Below are positions 46,857 to 55,416 of a stretch of 64,000 nucleotides of DNA, piece by piece (the stretch's first letter is position 1; each line of letters opens with the position of its first letter). This DNA comes from a virus. The DNA lies in IMG/VR virus record IMGVR_UViG_3300038417_000475, positions 1-64,000 of that record; one strand, given 5' to 3'. Under the pieces are notes generated by a model that saw only the letters and a program-made list of their open reading frames with translations, did not search any database and was not told where the DNA came from. Position numbers and translations under genes: made by a program.

Positions 46857-47636
46857 TCAGAACGATTGCATCTCGGTGTACCACTCGATGAGAGTGGCTT
46901 TGTCCTGCATCTGTTCCCACCTGGAGTCGTCGATCACCTTCGCCCCGACAGGGACGGACGGGATCACGGCTCCCATTGGCGTCTGGGTCGGTGCCAGCGC
47001 CGCCGCCTGGGCCTGCATCGACTTGGCCAGCACTTCTCTGAGCGGGCACTTGTTGATATAGAAGTCGATGGTCACCTTTTCGAAGTCTACGCCATCGACA
47101 AAGGGAGCCAGCACGAAGGCCGTCTGGCTGTATATCGCGTACAACTTCCACAGCGGGCTTCTGTCCGGGCTGTCATCAGGCCTCTTGGCACCGAGGTACC
47201 TGTAGTACTGGTTGGTGATATCCGGGAAGATGGAGTTCGAGCCCACAGTGTACACATACTGGCTCTTGGGCACATAGAGCTGGACGAAATAGTTGCCCTT
47301 ATGGAGGCCAATGGCTATCTCGTACAGGATGCCAGTCTGGGCCGGATAAGCCTGCAGGGTGCCGGAGATGCCCGGCGGGGAAGCCATATTGGGGACATTC
47401 TGGTTTGACAGGTCGAGGAGCTGGTAGTCTGACCCCGGGAGCTTCAGAGCCACCGGGAACTTCACCAGGACCGGATCTGCCGCAACCTCGAAGGTGCGAC
47501 CAGAGGCCCAGGCGAAGCCGGCCTGGTTGGGGAACAACGATGAGAATTTGAACCAGGAGCCTTTCTTGGCGAGGACATCCTCAGGGCGTACAGAAATGTC
47601 TGCTTTGCCGAATAACTTGGCAAGTTCTATGATCAT
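46857..47636 (-). CDS. putative structural protein
   Basis: GGAGG RBS; beta-rich, in the structural run. Confidence 0.6.
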   Translation of the reverse strand: MIIELAKLFGKADISVRPEDVLAKKGSWFKFSSLFPNQAGFAWASGRTFEVAADPVLVKFPVALKLPGSDYQLLDLSNQNVPNMASPPGISGTLQAYPAQTGILYEIAIGLHKGNYFVQLYVPKSQYVYTVGSNSIFPDITNQYYRYLGAKRPDDSPDRSPLWKLYAIYSQTAFVLAPFVDGVDFEKVTIDFYINKCPLREVLAKSMQAQAAALAPTQTPMGAVIPSVPVGAKVIDDSRWEQMQDKATLIEWYTEMQSF

Positions 47637-47733
47637 TTGCGTTCCTCCGTTTTCTTCTCTCTTCTCCCGAGAGTACGCTATGATGGGCGCTGCCCCGGCT
47701 TACCAGGGCAGCGCATTATTCTGTTGTGAAGGT

Positions 47734-48000
47734 TTACTCTGCGTCGACCAGCATGGCAATGTAGACCACATCACCAGTAGTCGCTGGCTCCCAGTCACTC
47801 CAGCTGCCAGAATAGACATTCTTCTCTACAGTTACCGTCAACACATTCCCGGATATGGACCATGAGGTTGCTAGCAGAGTGGAGGTGGTAAATTTGTTAC
47901 AGATAGCTACTAGTGCAGACTTGATGTGCACAAACTCGCCAAACTCCTGGACGACCTGTCCCCCAGCAGTTAGAGCAGTAGCTACTTTCATCATAAGCAT
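47734..48000 (-). CDS. small structural protein, paralog 2
   Basis: QEFGEFV.I.SALV.I.N.F shared with 48010-48309. Confidence 0.65.
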   Translation of the reverse strand: MLMMKVATALTAGGQVVQEFGEFVHIKSALVAICNKFTTSTLLATSWSISGNVLTVTVEKNVYSGSWSDWEPATTGDVVYIAMLVDAE

Positions 48001-48009
48001 AGTAGCCTC

Positions 48010-48309
48010 CTACTCCCCATCCACAGTCATAGTGCAAATACAGCCTTGCACGTCGGACGTAGTTGCATTTACCCATGCTCCGGGACTTCCGATATTCTCC
48101 TTGTCCACGGTCACAACCAGGGTATTGTTGTTGGTAATAGCCCAAGAGCATGCCACTTCATAGGAACTCTTGAAGGGATTGGCGATAGTCACCAACGCCG
48201 AAACGATGTTCACAAACTCGCCAAACTCTTGAGTAAAAGCTCCGCTACCGAGTCCAGTTTGCCCAGACGAAGAACCTAGAGTCACTGTCTTTTGTAACAG
48301 CATACTCAA
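48010..48309 (-). CDS. small structural protein, paralog 1
   Basis: QEFGEFVNIVSALVTIANPF...L.VTV.K...W..ATT.DV. Confidence 0.65.
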   Translation of the reverse strand: MSMLLQKTVTLGSSSGQTGLGSGAFTQEFGEFVNIVSALVTIANPFKSSYEVACSWAITNNNTLVVTVDKENIGSPGAWVNATTSDVQGCICTMTVDGE

Positions 48310-48331
48310 TACCTCCTTGCCCTAACCCAGG

Positions 48332-49183
48332 CTAGAGCGACTTATTCTGCGACTGCGCGACTATGAGAGAGATCATCTCGAAGTCCGTGTCGTTGGTGGC
48401 CGTTGCCGGGCCATCAGGCATCACATCCACCAGCTGGGTCTTCAGAGGCGGGATGATGATGGGCTTCTCGAAGCGGGTGAACGAGACCTCCCTGCCGACG
48501 CCCCAGGTCTTCTTGTAGTTCCGGGAACAAGGCTGAGGAGGAGAAGCCGTGCCGCCCAGGGTGAACTGAATACCCTCGATCTTGGGGACCTGGATCTTCT
48601 CGATGGCTCCGAGATGGATCATGCCGGCATACTGCCACATGGTTTGCGACGGGATATAGCCGTTGGTTGGCTTGGTGCCACCAGTAAGACCAGTGGTCAA
48701 CCAGTCAAACACACCCGCCGAAGTGCCACCATAAAGACCTAGAGAAGCTGTCTTCAGTGGGTTCAACAGCACCCCGCCGACATCCTTCGGCCTCATCGGC
48801 CAGATATCGAGCTGGGTGCCCTGGGCCAGGATGCCGCCGAATGAAGACTGGGTCTGCCACTTCACCGCTTCGATGGTCGCCAGGATGTTCAGGATCTCCT
48901 CGGCGATCATGATGGCAATGTCCTCCTGCTCCTTATTGCGGAAGATCATGTCCAGCTTGGAACAGACGGCGTTGACTTCATCAGGCGATAACCCCATCAG
49001 GGTGAGGGCGACTGCCGTTTTTCCGGAGTCGATCAGGGCGGCTGTCCAGTTAAAGGACCCGCCGTTCAGGAATGCCAGGGAGCCCAGCGGACTGTTGACT
49101 GTAGACCAGTCGAAAGGCTTGGGGCCCGGTGGCGCCTGCTGGATGAGATTGTTATTCTTGCAAAACGTGTAGATAAGTGCCAT
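48332..49183 (-). CDS. candidate major capsid protein (possibly jelly-roll; fold not confirmed)
   Basis: Strong AAGGAGG RBS, strongly C/G-ending codons, helical N-half and beta-rich C-half (FEKPIIIPP...); heads the structural run. The ORF is solid, the function is inferred. Confidence 0.4.
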   Translation of the reverse strand: MALIYTFCKNNNLIQQAPPGPKPFDWSTVNSPLGSLAFLNGGSFNWTAALIDSGKTAVALTLMGLSPDEVNAVCSKLDMIFRNKEQEDIAIMIAEEILNILATIEAVKWQTQSSFGGILAQGTQLDIWPMRPKDVGGVLLNPLKTASLGLYGGTSAGVFDWLTTGLTGGTKPTNGYIPSQTMWQYAGMIHLGAIEKIQVPKIEGIQFTLGGTASPPQPCSRNYKKTWGVGREVSFTRFEKPIIIPPLKTQLVDVMPDGPATATNDTDFEMISLIVAQSQNKSL

Positions 49184-49236
49184 TGTTCTGAAGTTCCTCC
49201 TTCTTCCTAATTTTCTGCGGCTCTGCCGCTTGTTAC

Positions 49237-49683
49237 CTAGAGACTGCCTCTTGCCCCCTGCATGGCCACAGACTGAGTGAGATGAGCCTGGGTGAAGGCA
49301 CTCAGGCCGGGCACCGCAGTACGGAGACCTTCAGGCGCGGCGGCTATTAACTCAGCAGGACTCTCTTTCACCTTGAGCCCATCTCCTATAGCCTTAGCTT
49401 TCTGTCCCGTCAGCTGATTCAGCTTCAGGTTGGCCGTGGATTCCCCCTTCGCGAGCAGAGAAGAAACCTTCGGCACTCCGGGGATATTCTCCTCAACCTT
49501 GGAGACGATAGGGGCTACCCTGGGCAAACGCAGGCCTGAAATACTTGCCGTACCTCCCAGGTTAGGTACCTTGCCGGCGATCTTGGACATGATGCCCGAT
49601 ATACTGGGCGCTCCATTGGGCAGGATCGATTCAATCTTCTGCGGGATTACGACGGGCTTTAGTAAAGCTGCTTGAACACCCAT
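49237..49683 (-). CDS. amphipathic protein with shared C-terminal PEGLRTAVPGLSAF...MQGARGSL tail
   Basis: C-terminal ~32 aa nearly identical to 52998-53390. Confidence 0.65.
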   Translation of the reverse strand: MGVQAALLKPVVIPQKIESILPNGAPSISGIMSKIAGKVPNLGGTASISGLRLPRVAPIVSKVEENIPGVPKVSSLLAKGESTANLKLNQLTGQKAKAIGDGLKVKESPAELIAAAPEGLRTAVPGLSAFTQAHLTQSVAMQGARGSL

Positions 49684-49710
49684 GTGGATATGTCCTCCTT
49701 CTCAAAATAC

Positions 49711-50055
49711 TTAGGGCATCCATTTTTGGATATCGCCCTGGACTTTGCCGATCGTCTCCTCAGCTGCGGTACTTACAGCATGACGGACGCCATCAACGCC
49801 ATTCTTGGCATTACCGATGGCACCCTGCACCGCGTCTCTGGCTGTTGACAAGTCGGCGCCGGCCTGGCTCACCGCATCTGAGGCGGCTGACTTCGCTGAG
49901 CCGAGGACGCTTTCGGCAGTGCCTACCACAACATCTTTGGCCCCGTCAGCAACACTGTCGACAGCACCGAGAAAGCCTTCGGCAACATCCTTCGCGCCTT
50001 CAGCAAGTCCGTCAGCAACCTTGAGAAGATCCGGTAATGTAGGTCCCTTTGCCAT
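49711..50055 (-). CDS. Ala/Asp/Val-rich amphipathic helical (apolipoprotein/LEA-like) protein
   Basis: Helical repeats ADGLAEGAKDV / VADGAKDV; AAGGAGGTG RBS. Confidence 0.6.
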   Translation of the reverse strand: MAKGPTLPDLLKVADGLAEGAKDVAEGFLGAVDSVADGAKDVVVGTAESVLGSAKSAASDAVSQAGADLSTARDAVQGAIGNAKNGVDGVRHAVSTAAEETIGKVQGDIQKWMP

Positions 50056-50081
50056 ATCCACACCTCCTTCGGTGATATTTG

Positions 50082-50144
50082 GGGGAAGCAGCTAAAGCAA
50101 AAGGGTTGGGGACCCAACAGCTTTAGCTGTTCCCCAACCCTTTT
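50082..50144 (-). promoter_or_regulatory. 5' leader with two competing stems (terminator/antiterminator-like)
   Basis: Stem A 50099-50112/50131-50144 and stem B 50082-50098/50120-50135 share 50131-50135. Confidence 0.55.
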
Positions 50145-50170
50145 TTATTCGGTTATTGAATTACGGTATT

Positions 50171-50200
50171 AGACTATTAGAACGCTTCCTACGTTGTCAA
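50171..50200 (-). promoter_or_regulatory. class B promoter upstream of the structural run
   Basis: TTGACAACGTAGGAAGCGTTCTAATAGTCT. Confidence 0.75.
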
Positions 50201-50220
50201 TAGGGTATGCTCAATTTACG

Positions 50221-52539
50221 TTACATTTGATTGTCGATATACGTTTTCAGAAGCGAATAATTTATAAGTCCCCAACCGTAATCATTGCTCTTGGCTGAGG
50301 CATAATCGCCATATATCGACATCGCAGCCTTGATATGCTCCGTGGTCAGGACCTTCCCCTTTTTACGGGCATACTGGATCGCCAGGGCTGTCACGTATGC
50401 GGCATGGGGTGTGGCCATTGACGTGCCGGAAATCGCGGCAAGCTGCGGAGGTCCGTCTCCAAGCTGCATGGCTGCGATATATCCGTTGGAAGTCGAAAGG
50501 ATATCCACACCCGGAGCCACCACGTCGGGCTTGATGAATCCGGCTTTCGTGGGGCCTCGAGAGGAGAAGCTGGCTATGTTTCCGTGGATATCCACAGCTC
50601 CGACAGTCAACGCATCCGGTGAACAGCCGGGGCCTCCTACAGTCATCTGGCCAGGGCCGCTGTTGCCGGCAGCGATACAACAGATGATCCCAAGTTGCGT
50701 CATGGCGGTGATGGCCTGGCATTCCGGGTCATTCAGGTAATCATCGGGTTCGTCCCCTCCCAAAGACATCGAGATGATATCGGCTTTCCAGTGCAGAGCG
50801 TTCATCAGGCCGGCCAGTATCCAGCTTGCCATCCCTACGCCGATCCCGCCGCCCAGGACTTTGAACGGACGAACCTCTGCTCCCGGAGCTCCGCCCTTGA
50901 GCAACGCTCCTCGCGCAGGCCCGGCGAGAACCTTAAAAGGCCTCCCGCCGATGCAGGTGTTACACCAGGTATTGTGGATAAAAGCCATACCTTGTTTACC
51001 AGCAAGGTAATAAGGGCTTTCTGGGTCAAGGGTGAAATCATAGAGGAACCCCTTGAAGTCTATCTCCTCAACAGATTTGGGCAATAGGTAAGGGGCTGTT
51101 CTGTGAACTTCAGTGTAGAGAGGCCTTTTCAGCTTCAGGTAGGGAATCAACGCCTCGGTCATCCGGGTAAATCCTGCATCTACAGCAGATACTTGGTAAC
51201 AAACCTTCTTCCCTTTACCAGAAGGTTTCTGTTTTGTAAACCGTCCTCCAAAACCTAGAACACCGAACAGGCTAACGATTTGCTGTGCCAGTTGCCTTGA
51301 AGTAGTGCTAACCCTGCATCTAGCACGATCAGGGTCGAAATGACCATCACCATCTATGATCCCGGCCAGCACTGCCAGGAGTACATTCGTGGGTTGTTTT
51401 AAGAGCCTCTCCGGTATGGTATTCTCTTTCCGTCTTAGACCTAGCGCAATGAACTCTCTTTTCAATCCTGATACCTCAATGCTTCTACTCTTCTTGCGTT
51501 TTTTGGGAGTCCAAGCACAATAATGATAGCCGAGCTGCTTCAGATATGTCTCAATAGCAGGCCCTTCGTCATGGTGTAGAGAAAGGTTCACGGCACTGTG
51601 ATGGAAACAGCCCTCAGCTATGAACAGCCCTGCCAAGTAGGCCAGATCTGTATTCACAGTCTGTACGAAAGGCAGATTGATGATCTGCTCATTCGTAGCC
51701 AGACCGTAATTTCTATGGGACTGAATCAGGTCAGAAGCTCTCACATCCCTGTATCTTTTGCACCGTGGCTCATAGATTTTGAATGGATGCCACGGAGTTG
51801 TCACAAATTCAGATGTCCCGGCTTTCACTTTTATCAATTTGCCGTCGAAAGGAATCTTGTGTACAGCCAAGACCCTTACAGGTTTTCTGAAGCCGATCGT
51901 CCATGTGGGATCTACGGGTATTTTGGTAAATCCCAGTTCACTCTGGACCTCTGGAACCTTCAAATTCTCATAGAGGTCTTGGAATCGCACAAGGCCACAG
52001 AACGTAGTATAGACAAAGGCTTCTCCCTCAATGCAACCATGGCCGACCTCATCGAACATAAAAGGCTGGCCGGGTACCGATGATTTACCATGTCCGAAGT
52101 ATCCCTGGACCGCGAAATCCAAGGCTGTACCGGTATCGAGCACTGCAACTTTTACACCTTTGCCGGTGATACCGTCCGCGGCAGCTACGTCCGCTCCCAC
52201 CATCTGCCCGCTCACCGATGTCGGGATCCTCTCGTGCGAGGAGTCGGAGGCGGCATAAGCCATGGCTTTCGCCGGCCCCGTGATGGGGTTGGAGAGGAAG
52301 AGGTTGATGAACTTGGAAAACTTCTGATCTACCGGCATGGTGATGCGGATGGCCCGTATCTGCTCCGGTTTCACGTTGAGCACATAAGGCACAGCTTCTA
52401 TCGCCGCTACCTGGTTAGGCTGGATATCCACCTTCACAAAATTGAAATCGAGAGGAGCAGGGAATATACCCATCTTGGTCAGAGAAATGTTGACCTCGGC
52501 AAGATGAATAGGGTCTACCTGGACAAGGTATTTAGCCAT
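50221..52539 (-). CDS. subtilisin-like serine peptidase (S8) containing an intein (spliced product 417 aa)
   Basis: VAVLDTG (Asp), GHG|T (His), AAGNSG, SGTSMATPH (Ser); N-terminal I9-like propeptide. Confidence 0.92.
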   Translation of the reverse strand: MAKYLVQVDPIHLAEVNISLTKMGIFPAPLDFNFVKVDIQPNQVAAIEAVPYVLNVKPEQIRAIRITMPVDQKFSKFINLFLSNPITGPAKAMAYAASDSSHERIPTSVSGQMVGADVAAADGITGKGVKVAVLDTGTALDFAVQGYFGHGKSSVPGQPFMFDEVGHGCIEGEAFVYTTFCGLVRFQDLYENLKVPEVQSELGFTKIPVDPTWTIGFRKPVRVLAVHKIPFDGKLIKVKAGTSEFVTTPWHPFKIYEPRCKRYRDVRASDLIQSHRNYGLATNEQIINLPFVQTVNTDLAYLAGLFIAEGCFHHSAVNLSLHHDEGPAIETYLKQLGYHYCAWTPKKRKKSRSIEVSGLKREFIALGLRRKENTIPERLLKQPTNVLLAVLAGIIDGDGHFDPDRARCRVSTTSRQLAQQIVSLFGVLGFGGRFTKQKPSGKGKKVCYQVSAVDAGFTRMTEALIPYLKLKRPLYTEVHRTAPYLLPKSVEEIDFKGFLYDFTLDPESPYYLAGKQGMAFIHNTWCNTCIGGRPFKVLAGPARGALLKGGAPGAEVRPFKVLGGGIGVGMASWILAGLMNALHWKADIISMSLGGDEPDDYLNDPECQAITAMTQLGIICCIAAGNSGPGQMTVGGPGCSPDALTVGAVDIHGNIASFSSRGPTKAGFIKPDVVAPGVDILSTSNGYIAAMQLGDGPPQLAAISGTSMATPHAAYVTALAIQYARKKGKVLTTEHIKAAMSIYGDYASAKSNDYGWGLINYSLLKTYIDNQM
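50971..52035 (-). mobile_element. intein with LAGLIDADG homing endonuclease (355 aa)
   Basis: N-terminal CIEGE, TPWH, LAGLFIAEG and LAGIIDGDG, C-terminal IHN followed by Thr. Confidence 0.93.
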
Positions 52540-52546
52540 CTCTACC

Positions 52547-52942
52547 TCACTCTGTAGGGATATTCAAAGCGCCCTCAATACGTCCCAACCTGGTCGAGAT
52601 ATCCTGCAGGGGCTCTGCCAGTTCCTTTTGAGTCACGCAATTCTCAAGGTGAGCGGTTATCCGTGTATCTGTCACCGCTAGCGCCCCCTTGATTTCGGCC
52701 AGGTCCTTTATCATCCGGCCGCCTATGTCCACTAAACTTTTGTCCACTTCCGCCTTGTGATTTTCATGCGCTCTCCACAGTTTATCGAGAGAATCACCCT
52801 GGTCCTTCTGTACCTTCCCCTGGGCTTTCTGCGTATCCGTAATCTCCTGATACCGTCTCCCGAATGTCCATGCCGTGGTCAGGGCACCGGCAGCAACTCC
52901 TCCTACGCTGGAGATCGTATACCACAATGCGTTTAAGTCCAT
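52547..52942 (-). CDS. N-terminal TM plus coiled-coil protein
   Basis: Hydrophobic N-terminus; ends ...I..RL.RIEG. Confidence 0.6.
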   Translation of the reverse strand: MDLNALWYTISSVGGVAAGALTTAWTFGRRYQEITDTQKAQGKVQKDQGDSLDKLWRAHENHKAEVDKSLVDIGGRMIKDLAEIKGALAVTDTRITAHLENCVTQKELAEPLQDISTRLGRIEGALNIPTE

Positions 52943-52997
52943 ATCTCATCAACTTCACACCCACCCCCAGGCCTCACCCACAGGTTGACGGCCTCCT

Positions 52998-53390
52998 TTA
53001 TAAGCTACCTCTTGCCCCTTGCATATCTACCGACTGAGTCAGATGCGTTGTGGTGAAGGCGCTCAAGCCCGGCACCGCAGTACGCAGACCTTCAGGCACC
53101 GACTCTATCAGCTCGGGCGCGGCCTCTGTTACCTCAGGGGTTTGTATCTCAGGGGCTGCCGCAGCAACATTTGCTCGTATTTCGGAAATATCATTGATCA
53201 TGCCGGGAGTCGGCAACCGCTTTTTCGGCATCTTCCGGATATCGGTTATCATGCTGGTCTTTCCAACGGTAGGCAGATCAGGAAGCTGACCGGCCACACG
53301 GAGCAGTAATGGGGACACCCGAGGAAGAGCAGTGCCCTGCTCAACTTTTGAAATCCGAGAGGCAAATGTCTTTAACGGATTCATCTTCAT
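52998..53390 (-). CDS. paralog with shared C-terminal MQGARGSL tail
   Basis: PEGLRTAVPGLSAFTTTHLTQSVDMQGARGSL. Confidence 0.65.
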   Translation of the reverse strand: MKMNPLKTFASRISKVEQGTALPRVSPLLLRVAGQLPDLPTVGKTSMITDIRKMPKKRLPTPGMINDISEIRANVAAAAPEIQTPEVTEAAPELIESVPEGLRTAVPGLSAFTTTHLTQSVDMQGARGSL

Positions 53391-53395
53391 CCCCC

Positions 53396-54388
53396 CTAGA
53401 GTTTAGGTATCCTGTCCAATATGGGAGCCACCTTATTGATCTCAGTTTCAAGTTTTGACACTCTCGCCTTCAGGTCACTCACCGTACTCTCATCAGCTGT
53501 CAATTTGTCCTGGAGCGTAGCAATATTCTGGTTCGCGGCAGCCAGGGCCGCGTTCGCTTTATCCGTAGAAGCCTGGTTGGCATCATCGATTCTCTTGTTC
53601 AGTGCTGCCGTAGTCAGGGGGAATTCGTTCTCGAGGTCACCGATTCTGCCATCTGAGTTATTTATCTTGTCTGCCATCTTGGCATCAAGATCACTGATGT
53701 TCTGGTTGGCTGCCGCCAGAGCTGCATTGGCCTTGTCGGTGGCATCTGACTTGGCTTGGGCTAGTGCACTATCTGTATAATCTGTCCACAAGGGTCTTTC
53801 AGCTACAGAGGTGCTCTCAATCTGTGCTTTTATATTGGCCCAGTCATCTCCAGTCCTGTTCTTGATGTTGTCTAGCCTTGTCATAACCCCGTTAAGGTCA
53901 TCTCGCGCACTATCTATCTGACCCTGCAGGGCATCTCTGGCTGTACCCATATTCTGGTTGGCGGCAGCTAGCGCCTGATTGGACTTCAATGTGGCCCAAT
54001 CCGAGGCAATGGACACTACGCCCTGGTAGTCATCTCCGACTCTGTTTTTGAGGTCGTTCAGTCTTTGGACCGCAGCGGCTGCTTTAGCCTGTGCATCAGC
54101 TATTTGAGCCCGCGAATCAGATGCCCATTGCAGTAACTGGTTAATTTTCGTGTCTACTGCACCGTTTAGATTATCGAAAGTGGTGTTGAGGTCATTCAGC
54201 TTGTTCGCCGCAGTAAGGAGCGCATCAGCCACGTCATACAGGGCTGTATCGATGTCGTTGGCCGGGCCACCCAGAGAGGATATAACATTGGGCCAATGCC
54301 CGAGCTGTGCATAAATACTGTCTGCGACAGCCTTTACTTTTAGTCCAGCCTCCCCTATTTGGTCTTTGACATTGAGAATGTCTTGCAT
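53396..54388 (-). CDS. long coiled-coil protein with internal repeats
   Basis: Repeats TDKANAALAAANQN (x2-3) and RL..(L/I)KNR.GDD (x2). Confidence 0.7.
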   Translation of the reverse strand: MQDILNVKDQIGEAGLKVKAVADSIYAQLGHWPNVISSLGGPANDIDTALYDVADALLTAANKLNDLNTTFDNLNGAVDTKINQLLQWASDSRAQIADAQAKAAAAVQRLNDLKNRVGDDYQGVVSIASDWATLKSNQALAAANQNMGTARDALQGQIDSARDDLNGVMTRLDNIKNRTGDDWANIKAQIESTSVAERPLWTDYTDSALAQAKSDATDKANAALAAANQNISDLDAKMADKINNSDGRIGDLENEFPLTTAALNKRIDDANQASTDKANAALAAANQNIATLQDKLTADESTVSDLKARVSKLETEINKVAPILDRIPKL

Positions 54389-54850
54389 CTACTTCCTTCT
54401 GATCGTCTGCAATACCGCTATGGAACTCAAAGGGCTTTTCTTGTCCCACCCCATAAAGGTCTTGAATTCCTCAGGGGTGAACGAATCGTTGATCTTCCCC
54501 AGGTAGGTATCGCCAACCCTCTGGCCAATAATGGGGCCGACCACAGGCACGAATTCAAGCAGGTCAGCCAGGTCCCGGCCTATGGAGGCTTTGAGCGCGG
54601 CGCTGTGCCCCGGGGTCATCGAAGGGGCTTTGAGCTGGGGCAGACGCAGTTCGGGCAGAGTTACACTCCCGAATGGCGTCCCCATCTCGGCCTCCGGAAG
54701 ATACGGCGCTTTGTCCATAACAGCGTTGATCGCCTTGATAGGCGGAGAGCTGTCAAGTTTCCGGGAGACCTTCAGCGCCGCCCTCCCTAAGGTGCTCTCA
54801 AACGGGAGTTTGCTCGGTATCGGAGGGGGTGGTATCCGTATCGCACCCAT
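54389..54850 (-). CDS. Pro-rich hypothetical protein
   Basis: AGGGGGAG RBS. Confidence 0.6.
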   Translation of the reverse strand: MGAIRIPPPPIPSKLPFESTLGRAALKVSRKLDSSPPIKAINAVMDKAPYLPEAEMGTPFGSVTLPELRLPQLKAPSMTPGHSAALKASIGRDLADLLEFVPVVGPIIGQRVGDTYLGKINDSFTPEEFKTFMGWDKKSPLSSIAVLQTIRRK

Positions 54851-54859
54851 TCTCCCCCC

Positions 54860-55006
54860 TTATTTGGGTATTACGTCCGAGATCCGGGGCAGGAATTTGG
54901 GAAGCACAGACTCAACAGACTGGAAAATCTTGGGAACGCCGGGGATAGCAGGGAGCTTCGTCATCATTCGGACCAGACCCGTGGGCATAGCAACTTGAGC
55001 AGACAT
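54860..55006 (-). CDS. small amphipathic protein related to the 49683 N-region
   Basis: IPGVPKI..SVESVLP..LPRIS; GGAGGTG RBS. Confidence 0.55.
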   Translation of the reverse strand: MSAQVAMPTGLVRMMTKLPAIPGVPKIFQSVESVLPKFLPRISDVIPK

Positions 55007-55066
55007 AACAACACCTCCCGCACATTTTCTCCAAAAAGAGATGCCGAAACCCAAAAAGGTAATTCA

Positions 55067-55096
55067 AAACTAACGGAATCGGAGAAACGTTGTCAA
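55067..55096 (-). promoter_or_regulatory. class B-like promoter
   Basis: TTGACAACGT...N18 spacer...TAGTTT. Confidence 0.6.
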
Positions 55097-55106
55097 GAGG
55101 TTGTGC

Positions 55107-55406
55107 TTATTTTTGGTCTTTGCTGACTTCCCGCAGGAGTTCGATAATCTCAGGAGGAAGGTTCTCCGACAATTTCTTGGCGTCCGCCAGCATTTGACTG
55201 ACCGCCCTTATTTTCTCTATCGGCATCGAGCTGATCAGCCTCACCAGCTCCAGGCCGTTGTCTAAAGACTTGGGGTCTCCGGAGGTCAGGGCCTTGGCTT
55301 TGTCCAGAATCTCGCCGATCTGTTTGAGCTTCCTCTGGTCTATCGCTGCCAGGTCATGGACCAGCTGCTGCGCCTTGCCAACTCCATCAAAAATCTTCGG
55401 CATCAT
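55107..55406 (-). CDS. helical hypothetical protein
   Basis: AGGAGGT RBS. Confidence 0.6.
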   Translation of the reverse strand: MMPKIFDGVGKAQQLVHDLAAIDQRKLKQIGEILDKAKALTSGDPKSLDNGLELVRLISSMPIEKIRAVSQMLADAKKLSENLPPEIIELLREVSKDQK

Positions 55407-55416
55407 GGCAAACCTC

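Noticed and set aside
10106-52035. Both inteins are exactly 355 aa
   Set aside because: Their sequences are not visibly similar beyond generic intein blocks and the length is typical, so this is treated as coincidence.
53396-54388. Tape-measure protein call
   Set aside because: Only 330 aa and no adjacent tail tube or chaperone genes recognised; left as a coiled-coil protein.
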